Source: Chlorokybus atmophyticus (lineage: Eukaryota; Plantae; Mesostigma and Chlorokybus algae). Taken from it: 64,000 nt of DNA. The DNA lies in the NCBI GenBank assembly GCA_009103225.1, contig RHPI01003533.1, positions 244,713 to 308,712 of the forward strand, in the 5' to 3' direction. The translations under genes were made by a program, and so were the position numbers. Every line of letters begins with the position of its first letter. Positions within the stretch are counted from its first letter, which is position 1. Below, piece by piece: positions 38,020-50,769 of the stretch. Below the pieces are notes generated by a model. That model saw nothing but the letters and a program-made list of their open reading frames with translations, searched no databases and was not told where the DNA came from.

Positions 38020-39080
38020 ACTCTATTATAAAACGTGTATACCATCTCATGCAGTGGGGTGGATATATAAGTTCATTGTCGAAGCGTGACGAAGTCCATA
38101 TTGCTTTGTCCAAGTATACAACTCAAGTACTGCTAAACACTGCAAATACTCCACCTACTAGCGTGTGATGGCATACAGCTTCACCATTTGTACCCTACGA
38201 TAAATACAACACACCATTTGGTAAAAGTTCTCAACCACAGCGAGGGGAGACTTATCTACAACTCAATCAGATCAGGCATTCGTAAAAATTGTAAAAAGTC
38301 ACCCGTGTTGATGGTGTCGACGCTGATGTGATGCTCAGCGCTACAAAGCGCGGGCCAGCGCGAATGGTGGCGACGTGGGAGGCGTGATTGGACGAGAGGA
38401 ATTTGTCGTGGCGGTAGATGCGGTTGTCGCTGTTCTGGTAGTGCAGCCCCGGCTCGTCCACATTGATGCAAGTGTACGTGACTTTGAACACATGCGTCAT
38501 GCATGCAAGCGCAACTGCAAGGTACATTGCACGGTAGTGCCAATTGCTGCAAGTGGATGAGAGATTGTTGAGTGATAGAGAACAGAGTCATGATACAACG
38601 AGCTGTAATCAACATTTACCTGCCACCATCACTACGTTCATACCAAGTCTTCCATAATGTTGCTCTCCTAGTAGTATTACTAACAGACCCATAGTAGGCA
38701 ACGACTACTACTGCTGGTTCGGCTACCGTACTTCAGCAAGTAGTCACTGAGTGGTCGTAACAGTGGCAATATACAGACAAGTAGAAATGGTGCTGATAAC
38801 AGTAGGTAATGTTTCATAAACATGAGTGGTGGAAGTAGTGGTGGCACTCTCCAAGTCGGGTATTGTTATTGTTGGAGTATGTGTTCATAGCACTTATATG
38901 CAAGTTGTTGGCGTACTTGTGGGAACATGCTGGGAGTGGCAATGTGATCAAGAGCCCCAGCCTTGCCGCGGAACGCAGACGAGTAGCGCTTGTTGATGGG
39001 GAGGGTTAAAGCCACATCGAACAAGACACCATTGCTATACATTCATGTAAGCAACCAATTGTAACTGTTGATGTGCATAT
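38020..39080 (-). pseudogene. Copy A of a diverged duplicated coding segment, unknown protein
   Basis: Colinear homology to 41830-42850. Minus-strand peptides VLFDVALTLPINKRYSSAFRGKAG and VFKVTYTCINVDEPGLHYQNSDNRIYRHDKF. Stops are present. Confidence 0.45.
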
Positions 39081-40237
39081 GTATTGTGACCCAACGTTTC
39101 CATCCGTATGCTATCAGTGAAGTCAAGGCATGTTGTCGCCATGCGCGAGTTCGGAGCTTGACTGGCGCTGCAAGCAATTGCATATCAGTGCCACGCAATG
39201 GCCCGAAATGACATGTTGCCTTGTCTCATCCGCACGCACACAAAAATGACGCGGGTCCTGAAGTTTTCCTTGCTTGACACGTAAACGTTAACCCACAAGA
39301 TCGTAGATTACAATGCGTGTTGCATTATGCAACAGCATCTTGGACTGTCTCTATCACTGCATGTGTGGGTGAGAATGGAGTGCAGTACCTCCTAGATACA
39401 CAAAGTTATTTCTTGCATACTGCTCCCTTTCGCCCGTATCTGGATGGGACTAGGCACAGCAGTGGATATGCGCTGCTGTAGCTTGCGGCATTGCAGCACT
39501 CCTAGTAGTAGGCTTTCACATCAGCTGCTATGGCGCATTCTAGAGTGTTTGTAAGCTACAAATAGGCCGGCAGCTGGAATGATTTGTAACGCGGGGCTTA
39601 GCCGACTAGGCCATGGTAGCAAAAGTCGCTACCATGAGAGGTTGTGTGTTGCTCATCAATGCTTCATAAGCCCTTCTTAGCCTATTCCACATTAACCGGC
39701 ATTACATTCAACCCGGTTGTAACCGCGATTTCACATGCACATCTTGGTCCTTCCTGACCGGCAGGCCTTTCCTCGTGTCCGGTCATGACTAGCCAGTACC
39801 GGTCGTGCTGCATAGTTTTCCGCGGCAACTTGCCACGTTGCCGCGCAAAAGCGACATGCGCGCCAATCAATCGACTTAACCTCACACACAGTGTGTACAC
39901 CTTGGCTGTGCGGCCCTACGATAGGGGCCCTACTTGCCTCGATTACAAGAGCAAACTCCGCGTGGGATCTGAGTGGGTGTCCCGCAGACTCTGCAGAATG
40001 GTTGGGGCCACGCCTTGGGTGGGGTAGAGCCTGTGGTGGAGTGTGTGGTGTTGGTTATGGCTTGCGCACTGCATAACCCTCGTAAAGATTGCTTACAACG
40101 TTGTAAATTTGCGCTATAGTAATAGCAGCGTTTCCGGGAAGTTTAACAGGTAAACCCTCCCGCACTTTGCAACCCCAACCCCAATTCGCCCATTCTCTCT
40201 CTCTCCCTCCCTCCCTCCCTCCCCCCCCCACACCACG

Positions 40238-40390
40238 NNNNNNNNNNNNNNNNNNNNNNNNNNNNNNNNNNNNNNNNNNNNNNNNNNNNNNNNNNNNNNN
40301 NNNNNNNNNNNNNNNNNNNNNNNNNNNNNNNNNNNNNNNNNNNNNNNNNNNNNNNNNNNNNNNNNNNNNNNNNNNNNNNNNNNNNNNNNN
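40238..40390. other. Assembly gap (N run)
   Basis: Run of N in the sequence. Confidence 0.99.
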
Positions 40391-41829
40391 CCCACCCACA
40401 CCCACCCACCCCACCAGCGAAAATTCATACGGGTATGGGCAACCATAATGAAGATGCGAGGGTTATCATAATTAGCGGTTACAGTGTTATGTTGCCCTAC
40501 TGTGGACGCATGTGTGTGGGTGCACGCGGAATATTAATCATTGCTTGTTGCTGCCATTGGATGAGCTAAGAAGTTTGACGCATCATTGATGTGCTGTATT
40601 TTGCTATAGTGTTTGCTGTGCTGCTTGCGTAAGGCTAATTTGCACTTGTGCTAACCGTGCTAAAGAGGGTTGTGTGGTTGTCGCACGCTGTGCTGTGCCT
40701 ACGTCAGTGTTAGAGCCTTACCACGTTTGTGGAAGGCTATGTCTACGTACATATCAACAACATCGTAATGCAGTAGTAATAGTTACACACACGTAAACTG
40801 TAGGCAAAACTGAGTGACTAACCTTGCAATGCAAACGCGTTGAACAATGAATACATATGCAAATAGCTTGCAGCTGTTTTAAGTTTTGTTATGGCAAGAA
40901 TATAAACCTTAGCGTGATATCTTAAGATCGTGAAACCTTTTGCGGTGGGGAAGCTGGTCTCGGCATGGTCGTTGTCGTTATGCTTCTGGTCAAGTCCATG
41001 CCTAACCTCTCCCTGTGTTCATTTGCGCTCCCTTCACAAATACAGCTCTTCCTACAGGTACAGGCCTTCCTATCCCCGCAGTCCTTACCTGCCTGCTCTG
41101 CTTGCCTCACCGGTCCTTGCACTTCAGAACCAGCCCCTTAGCTGTAGTGATTGTGTGTAATTTGCTGGATATAATTGATGTGTGTGCATGCTACCACTGA
41201 TGTAACTAAGGGCCTCTACTCTACCTTTCATATGCAAGTTGTATGGATGCATTATAGTAATATCAGCAATATGGGCGATGTGCAGCACTTCATCAAGATT
41301 TTCGCTTTTATCACCCTTGTAACGAGAGCATGAACAAATGGGGTATTCTTGCGAACCAATGACGCTTTTGTTTGTTATGACCATATTTGATTATGTATTA
41401 ATGAATCAAACGCGAGTATTTACTACCTCGCTATGGTTGTCGGTGCCAACTACGCAAAACCGCCCGCCGGATTGCATACATGGATGACTGCGCACCGAAG
41501 CTGGTGTTGCCTGAAACCGGGTTGCCACGACCTCAGCACTAGCCGTAAAACTTTGCCTGAGTAGAACAGGACACTTATAAACAAAGGTTTGGTTGTGATG
41601 CATACGATGCAACGCACTCATGATTGGTTTACATGAATCTTATCGTGTGCCAAATATGTATAGGTATATATGGCGTTTCTGTTTGCTGTTGTTGTGGAGT
41701 AGGTAGGTGGATTTGGTTATGCATGTTAATATTCATAAGCAATACGTACAATTGTAGATCTCTCGCAATGCATGCACAAAAAGCGGTATTTGTTGTGCGT
41801 ATAAAAGAGTGTGTTGCTGATGACTACTT

Positions 41830-42850
41830 TCCATGAATGCGTCTACCAGCTCATGCATTGATATGCACGTTCATTGTCCAAGCTTGATGAAGTTCAAATT
41901 GCTATGCAAGTGCACAACTCAAGTAGTACTGGAAATCTTAACGACTCCACCTACAGTCTGCCCCCTTTAAGAGCATACTGTTTACCCTCTACTATCATAT
42001 CCTTTTAGCGGGGTTATTCTCTTCGCGTTTAAGCGCATAATATGCTCTTGGATGTCTGAGCATAAATATTCTATTAACGCAATTCTGCCTATCAAGTCAC
42101 GCGTCTCACGCTATGCTCATTGCGTCATCAAGCTAATCACACCTTGCCCTTCACGCTCTGCCCATCATGCTTTATGCAATACCCGTCATGCGTTACTCCT
42201 CCAACCTTGGAATATGCTCACTAGAACTTGCAAGAATCGCGCGAAATAATAATGTGCTCATCGTGATCAAGCATATTCTCTTACGCATTAATATTTGCCT
42301 ATATTTCGTTTGGTAATCTCATTGTTCATGCTGTTAGCGAGGTTATTCTCTTGGAGCGAAGTCTCTTAGTGGGGGTAGACTGTACAAGCGTGGGCACAGC
42401 TTCACCCCTTCTACTTTACAACGGGAACAACACACCGTTTAGTAAAAGCTCGCATCCACAACGAGGGGAGGCCTATCTCTACAGCTGAATGAGCATAGCT
42501 TACAAACAGCCACACTGTGTTAATGGTAATGCTGTTGACGCTGGGTTTATGTGCAAGCCACGCAGCGCGGGGGCAATGTTGTTGAGGTGGCAAGGGCGAC
42601 GGATCCGCGGTCGCCAGAGCGGTACTTGTCGGGGCTGTAGATGCGCTTGTCGCTGTCGCAATAGCGCAGCGCTGGCTCGTCCGCAGTGGTTGTAAACGTA
42701 CGTGACTGATTGAATACCTGCGTTATACGTGCAACCTGAGCTGAGAGCAGCGAAGATGTAATCCACAGCACCAGCCTTGCCGCGGAAGACAAACCGGTAG
42801 CGCTTATGATGGGGAGGGTTGGAGTAACATCAAACAAGCCATGATTGCTG
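41830..42850 (-). pseudogene. Copy B of the diverged duplicated coding segment, carrying a MITE and a frameshift
   Basis: Peptides LFDVTPTLPI-(shift)-KRYRFVFRGKAG and VFNQSRTFTTTADEPALRYCDSDKRIYSPDKY align with copy A. Confidence 0.45.
41954..42382. mobile_element. Non-autonomous Tc1/mariner-type MITE (429 bp)
   Basis: TIRs CAGTCTGCCCCCTTTAAGAG and CTCTTAGTGGGGGTAGACTG (20 bp, 3 mismatches). TA TSD at 41952-41953 and 42383-42384. Absent from the paralogous position in copy A (cacctactagcg near 38153). Confidence 0.8.
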
Positions 42851-43445
42851 CAAAGTAAGCATGTCAGAAACCAGTTACAGTTTTATGTTTGCATATGTGT
42901 CATCTTGCAACTTGATTTCAACAACCGCAATGTGTGCTTGCTCACCATGAGTTTCGAGAGAATCCTTGAATGCATACACAAATCACCAACTACGAGCATG
43001 TTCGTCACGCCATCGCGCGCAATGTTCTTTTTTCACAAGGTCTAGCACGGTCTGCACGAGGCATACACAAGCAAAGTCCACGCATGCAATTGTGCCTTGT
43101 TCTTTGCATACACAAGTGCACACGCACGTGCATGTCTGACTCTGTATGTGTCTGTGTGTGTGCATGTGTTGGTGCATGCCTACGTACGCGTGGTGGCAAG
43201 CATTGCGGCTGAGCATCCAGGTCATCGGCATCCCCGCAAATCTAACCATTGGCAATGTTCGTGAACTTCACGATGCAGATGAAGGTATGTAACAGATCAA
43301 TATTATTAAAGCTAGTTGTAGTATACTACTGCACATTGCCAATCGGCACATCACATTGAATATGCTTTGATATGGGCACATTGCTTGTTCATGGGCACAC
43401 TTTGTGCATATGTTATAAGCGATGTGGCATTGCGATATAGAGAAC

Positions 43446-43508
<63 letters not shown>

Positions 43509-43510
<2 letters not shown>

Positions 43511-43840
43511 TCACAGNAGACTTGGTGCTTCGTATGGTCGATTTGTCGGCCCCACAAGTCGCGTCACCGCGACAAGCAGGTCGCGTCCTACCGCGCCGAC
43601 TGAACTGGTCAGTTCGGCGCGACTGCCATTAGGCAAGTCGCGATCCATCGATGATGGCACTTGAAGTGACCAATTACGATGTTACTGGATCGAGAAACAA
43701 CGACCGCGGAATTCGTGTGCCCGGCAGATGTCGAGCCCGGGTCTCAAGCTCTGATACAAGTGTCACAGCCCACTCGACCATAAAAACTTTGATGCTTGTA
43801 TAGTCAATCTGGTTATATAATGTTTGTTTGATGTACCGTC

Positions 43841-43848
<8 letters not shown>
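43509..43848 (-). mobile_element. Candidate TRIM (miniature LTR retrotransposon) inserted in a (GA)n tract
   Basis: 88-bp TGTCACAG...CATTACA unit at 43761-43848, adjacent to an 11/12 match to the iMet PBS complement (GCTCTGATACAA, 43748-43759). A second TGTCACAG at 43509 is cut by a one-base N gap. (GA)n on both sides. Confidence 0.5.
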
Positions 43849-43898
<50 letters not shown>

Positions 43899-44200
43899 AC
43901 AATCCAGTTGGGGTTGGGTACGTATGTACAGTATAGTTGGGAATAATCCATAAAACCTCCTACTGTCAGAGGGGCTCTGGTGACCAACATGGCAACTACC
44001 ACTACAACACCACCGCCAGGTAAGCAGTTTCAAACCTAGTAGGAGGGAGATGCAATGCATGGGGGTCCAGTCACCTACCACAAACTCTATCACACCGCCC
44101 CAGTTGTGACAACCGCTTCATCACAAGTCCTTGATCGCACAGTTTGCCACATGTCCACCTGAACCCATCACGTATGTTGCCGTCGCAAAGTTGACAGGCT

Positions 44201-44790
44201 CTAAATTTCACCATCAAGGCGTATTGCTCGCAGGCATGCTCTCTCCCCTTTGAAGTAGAAGGACCGGCACTTGCAAAGGAATGTGTGCTGACACTGGAAG
44301 CAGCAAGCCGCTGCGTTTGCGACACCCGAACCTGCAATCATTAGGCGAATGCGGATAAGAGAGGGGTAGGGGCTTACAACCACCATACTTTCATTGTCCT
44401 TCATTGGATGCTTGTTGCACACTGATGGGGGTGGAGGGGGACTTCTTGGCAGTGGAGAAGGAGGAGGCGGAAGAGGTGAACTTTCTGATTGGGGAGGAGG
44501 AGGAGGTGAGCTTGTCGGTGGGGAAGGAGGAGGAGGGGAGCCGTCGGATGCAGCAGAACGGCCTGCGCGCAGGCAAACATGTGTCAATGTACGTGCTCGA
44601 TGCGAGAGCCGAATTGAGGCTCTATTCTTAAGCACAGAGCATAGCAAAACGGCAAAGGCAGCGGGAGACATGCGTGCAGGTTCTTGGAGTCAGCCGCAGA
44701 CAGATAAAGCGTTCAGGCTGCTCCTACCTGGGCGGAGCAGCAGCAGCAGCAGCAGCAGAGGCAATTGCCCTGGTGCTGATCGGCGATAGA
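44201..44790 (-). CDS. Fragment of a possible secreted Pro-rich (HRGP-like) protein with a Cys-rich module
   Basis: Poly-Leu stretch ending at an AG/GT donor, then SPPPPSPPTSSPPPPP..., then AAACCFQCQHTFLCKCRSFYF (PAN/apple-like spacing). Splicing and start codon are not resolved. Confidence 0.3.
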
Positions 44791-46906
44791 AAGTAATCCA
44801 ACTCTATAACCTGACGATTGCCTAGTCTGCATCGCTCAATCCTTTGATGCAGCCAGCAACTTGCTTTGCCTACCCCTTTATCCAAGAGGCTGCAGGCGCC
44901 GCCATTCTGGGCTTTAGGGATGCTGTTCGACCAGTAGCCACTCACACGCTTCTTTGCATACACAGGGAGATACAATGAGAGGGTGGTTTGAGCTGCACAG
45001 CTGTGGACGCTGCCGACTTTATACTACTGTTGTGTGGTTTGAGCTGCGCAAACTGACGTGACATTCTACCGAGAGTACTGCTTACAATAACTCAATAAAC
45101 AACGCCATTTGATTGCAAGCTGCACAGCACAGATATCTCAAAGTTCACCGCTGTTCGGAGAATCCTGCCCAGTCCTGTCTTCCTCTCGGGGACGTTGCTA
45201 GCCCTCCAGATGTGAGCAAAGTACAATATGCCATAGTTGCTTTTTTTTGTTTTGTTTTCTTGTTGAATAATACTCCACCTTCCTTCCACCACGCACGCAG
45301 TGTTTGAAGCAAGCGTGCTGTTTGCATGAATCGTATTTCACGCCCTTGCATGATTTGCGCTGACAGCGTCAGCGTCTGTGGACGCATATCATAAGATATA
45401 CAGCAAAGTACACAACTTCTTCTTGCGCTCTAAAAGCCGTGGTTGTTTCCGCGGAAAGGCCGACTGCATCCGGTAAGGCGTGTGGCATGCGGATAAGGCA
45501 ACCAAGTCAATGAGTGCCGTGTCAGGTGGATGCGACTAAGTCTACGTGTAAAAGTGGCACTGCGTGGTGGTTGCAATTTGGCGTGTGCACAGCCAGGCCA
45601 ACATCGGGCCTCGCATGGCGCCGACAGGCTCGCACTTGTAGTATGCGGACAGAAATGGCATGTGTCTCCAACTTGTATCGTGCACAATGGTTGGTGCTTC
45701 AACTACTTGGACACCTGTTCAGTCCTTGCTGAGCAGCCCATTTGTGCGTGTCGTGTTTCATAAAATTTGGAGCACTCCCTGACTCATGCACTCACCTGCT
45801 GAGACTCTCAGCGATATACTCAGTCACTCACTTGCGCACTCCCTCCCTCACTCAAACACCTCTTAAAAACACTCACGTACGCGCGCACTCACTCACTCAG
45901 TCACTTCAACGTTATTGTGACTAAGTGAACCGGTGAGCGAGTGTGGGTTTATTAGGTGAGCGAAAGAGTGGGTGAACAAGTAAGCGGGTGGATGCGTAAA
46001 TGTGTGGGTGAGTGAGTGGCTGATTGGTTGATTGCTTAGTATATATTGGTTAATTGATAGAGCAACTGAACGGGGCAGGCAGTGAGTGAGTAGGCGCGCG
46101 AGTGAGTGGGCAAGGCAGTGAGTGTGAGTGGGTGATCAAGACCGGTTGAGGGTGTGCAGTGCTGCACTCAGCACTGCACAAGTGTCATTGTGCACATGGT
46201 TGGTCAATGAACGCCCACTCACTCGGTGGCTCGCTCGCTCACTCACTCACTCACTCACCGCTAGTGACTTGTGGTGACCGAGGCGTGCGTGCCACTCATG
46301 GTCATCCTAACACATTGCACGCAAATAGCAAAGCACAGCACCAGCAGCAAACCAATGCTCGGACTCTCCTTCAGGTGGTTTGGATTGTGTCATACTACAT
46401 TGTAGTCGAACTTCCTTCTGCTCTCTACAACACAATGTGCGTTTTTGTGCTCATATGTGTACGTGTGCAAAGGTTCGCCGCGAGTGGGAAGCGCTCGCAC
46501 ACACACACCCGCGCGCCAACACCGATCACAGCAACAACAGCAACCAGAGGAGGGCGAAGATGAGGTTGGGTTTGAGTATCAGCAGCCGTGTGTAGCGAGT
46601 GCCGCTCCTTCGACATCGATACGGGACCGCGCGGATGCGCCTGCGGGAGTGGTGTCGGCGCCACGGTCACCGAAACCACTAAGGTCAAGTCAGTCATTCG
46701 AATGTCATGCACTGCAATGTCATAATATACATACATACAGCAAGGCATGGCATCCTACAGCCTGTAGGCTACAGGATGAAAAACATTTTCTTTACACAAC
46801 ACAGCATGGTAATGACAGTGAATGGAATACCCACGAGCGTACACACGCGTGCGCGCACACACACACACTGGGCGCACAGATAGTGATACGTTACTTTGTT
46901 GTACAG

Positions 46907-47274
46907 GAGCATTCGGACCCGCATCCATGCCTCGACACTACCAAAGTGCTGCTCGCAAGCAAAGACGCGCTGATAAAAGAGCTCAGAGCCATCAACGAGG
47001 TAATGTTGTCATAACAACCAATACGTGTGCGCGTGCGTGTGAACTTCATCTTGGCTTCTTGTTGGCTGTGCAGATACTGGAAGCCAAAGTGCGAAAGGTT
47101 GAGCAGCTGGTTCGTCTGAAAGAATTGAAGGTGTAGACGCTATCAGCCAAGCTGAAGCTGCACGAACAACAGCACGAGCCGCCGCAGCCAAACCGGAGCC
47201 AAAAAGAAGGGATGTACGATGTCGATACGGGGCGGGGATATGCGGAAGCCAAGATGGAACAGCTTGCCATATAA
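46907..47274 (+). CDS. C-terminal coiled coil resembling SPEF1/CLAMP, with an in-frame TAG
   Basis: Exons 46907-46999 and from 47074 give SKDALIKELRAINE-ILEAKVRKVEQLVRLKELKV*TLSAKL, resembling the SPEF1 C-terminal motif from memory. N-terminal CH-domain exons were not found. Confidence 0.5.
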
Positions 47275-47716
47275 TATGTGGAGAGGTACTTGATACATTA
47301 TTGAGGATAAATTGCACGGTATGATGCATGTCGTGAGTCATGGGAATCCTAGGGTGGTATGCACAACGCGCTGTGTATAGCCTTGTGTTGTTTATAGTTG
47401 TAGTGGCTGTGTTTGCTTATGGGAAACCAAGAGCTACCGCATGCAAGGATGGCACACACGCACACGCACACGCGCACATTACACACACGTGTGTACCCAT
47501 GCACAAGTAGTGTCAGCAGAAATCCATGCGATGCAGCAGCATACAACTACAACTTTCGGCCTTGCTACTTTCAATGCCAGATGCCTTCAATATCATACAT
47601 AATTGAACGCTGGTATATATACCTGTAGCTAGATTTGTATACACGCTCATATTTCTCCTCCAAGCGTGCCTTCATGCAACCCCTCTATCTACCGACACTG
47701 TACGATCAACAGTAGC

Positions 47717-47762
<46 letters not shown>

Positions 47763-49277
47763 CCACACAAACCAGTAACATGGACGAGGAGGAGGCAGGA
47801 TGTTCTGCATGTTGGGGTTACGTGTGCTTGTGGGCGTGCGGGTTGGCGCCGTCTGCGTGTACGCAATGTTGACGTCATTCAGTGTTGACGAGATTGATGA
47901 GAGCAGCGCTGATCGCTCAATGAGTGCGGCGTGTGGTAGTTAGTGCAGAACCATTTCGATAGCGGTGTACACTGAGTCATGCTCACAGTCATGAGTGCTG
48001 GCGTCGTTGGCGTTGACGTTGTCGGACTTGCATGTCAATACTTACCCATCTAGGATTGATTTTTTCGGTAAGACGCAGTTGGTGCTGCTTAGCGTTGCAC
48101 TATAGTTTCAGTCCAGTCCCGTTCGGTTTGATTATACAAACACAGAAGCAAGCGGGATATCACACAAATGCGCACGAGCGCATGCACACGCACACAACAA
48201 TGCAGTGCGACCCATGCGACAGCTCCCGAGCAAGAATCCGCATGCGCAATCGCAATCCCACTAAGAATCCCAATGCTCTGTGCTGTGCTGTGCTTAGGCT
48301 CCTCCTCTCCCATATAGCGTGCTTGCCCTCATGTCTGTCTGCATGCAGCCTGCAAGGCGCTCTACTTCTGCATCCCACCGAAAAGGTAGCGAAGTGACTG
48401 ATATTGCAAGTGCCTACATGTCCACAGCATAGCCGTTTGCACGGGACTGAGACAAGGGGGCAGGCAACACTCACACTCGCACTCGCGCTTTGTCGCACCA
48501 TTGGCAGTTGCGGCTCACCAACTGCTGTGGCAGGTGTGGACATATGTACATCTACACTTATGGCGTTGGCAACTCCACAGTGACAACACTAGGTGAGAGT
48601 TTGAACAAACAGCACGCGTCCTCACTCACAACATAGGGATGGATTCAGCATGGGACCCCGTATCATTCACCAGCTCATGCACACACCACCTCAACTCTCT
48701 GTGCGTACACACTCACGCTCTCACCTGTCACAAGTCAGGATGCATGCGTAAGTCGGCACACATATTTTGACACTCGCTGAGTTTTTAGGTCATCTTAGCG
48801 TGTTAACGGCTGCACACGTAACATGTAACCACAACGTGCAGCTCCTACGGAGGTGGCAGCGCTGCTTGGCCGTTGCGTGTGCGCGTAGAGGCAAAGGGGT
48901 GCGTGCATGTTGCTCCTTTGTGCGAAGCACGCAACAAGTACTGGTCGTTCAGAACAACACGACATAAGTACTCGATTTTGTGCTGATCATGATGTCGTTG
49001 CGCGACAGCGGGGCTGCATGGAAGTGCATACGAGTGCACGCGTACGAGGACAAGGTGCGGCGTCTTGCACTGGAGCTGTCCATATCTGAAGATGGCGGAG
49101 ATATCGATGCAGCTACAGGTATACAATCAGCGCTCGACCACAACCATCATGAGGCGTGTAATACATTGACAATGTTGTGTCTCCTTGAAGTTGTCGTGTA
49201 TTGCTGCGAATTGCACATCACAGCGGTTCGTGCATTGGTACTTCTATTTGGGCACACTTCGTGTGTATACTACAAGC

Positions 49278-49308
<31 letters not shown>

Positions 49309-50769
49309 CTACTGAGCTGGCGCTGAGCTATGTAATAGTGGTATGTAGTAGTATGACGCTGCGTGTCCGTTTTTACCCATTGGTTGCCCGTTGCGTGAAC
49401 AGGAGATAGGGCTGGCGGTTGAAGGCAGATCGCGGGGGCTGGGCATTGGCATTGTCGTGTCGTCGTGGCCGTTGCTTGCCTCGTTGTCTCACCTCTCCTC
49501 CTCCAGCGCGCAGCAGGAGGAGGAGGAGGGAGGAGCGAGTACTATTACTGCTGGACGCTGCTGCAGCCGTCTTACCCCTGCCTCGTCGAACACATTGCAC
49601 GTAGCTCAGCCCCCTTACTGACCTTGTAGGCTGCCTGGTTGTAATAAGCTTTCGTGCTTGTGATTGTGCAAGCTTGGCTGTGTATTCGTGTGAGTGCATG
49701 TGTTTGCAATGCTAGACCCTATGTGGATTGCCCCAGAGTGGGGTGCATACTTGATGTTGTGGTGTGTTTGGTTGGTTTGTATTATGTCTTGTTTGCAGCA
49801 TGCCGTAGCTGCGTTTGGGGGCTGGTAGGCATCAGTCGCATTAATGCACATGATGCACATGCACGAGGATGATGACGCGGACGCAGCTCCACAGCCTGCA
49901 CAGCCTAAGGAAGCCTCACAACGCCGGTGGAAGGATGTGGAACGGTATGTCCAGCTTGCGCACTACCAGCTGCGATTGCCAATACACGACAAGATCAGCG
50001 CAAAGCGTGATGTCTTGGCTGGTCTTGTTGATACTATCAGCCATTTGCTTGCAAACATGTGGTTAGTTGCATGTGTATGCTGAATGGTAGTAAGAAGTAT
50101 TATGTTGGTCTTACAAGCACCACGGCATTTGAGCGTTATCAACATGTTCAAGCCGGCGCATGTGCACGCCCTACACCTGCGGAGACACTAATGCAGCGAA
50201 CTTGACCGATGGCCTGGGCAGTTGGACCATTGGAGTATATGCCTTTCACGCCGATAACTGATACTCCGGTTGACAAGCAGGTGTGGCAGAAGAGAGCACG
50301 CCAGCGTGAGCGCACTTGGGTTCACATTCTTAGCACAAAATCACCGCATGGTCACAATCGGGAGCATGAGGGCACACAGCGTGCTCGTAAATCGTTCAAC
50401 TGTGCCAAATGGATGTGCGTGAATGTGCATCAGCACGACGTCCGGCACGCCCTTTGTCGCTAACTTTGCAGTTGGCCTTGACGTCATGGTGGAGGCAACG
50501 TGCTTTTTGGTAACACAATATAAACGCCGCTTGCTCTACTTGCAATCACTCGTGCAAGCACGCAAGTTCAGGTTCTATCAGCAGCTGGCGTACAAGCCGC
50601 GCAATCTGCATCACATGCTCACCGTGCTATAGCACTCCCCCGCACCCAATTACTCCAAAAAGGGAGAAGCATGCTAGTGACTTGCAAGTTTTTGAGCCCA
50701 ATGGCTGATATGCTTAACTTACAAATTGTTTTGCAAGCGCCACATGTGCTTGAGACCGTTCCACAATCG

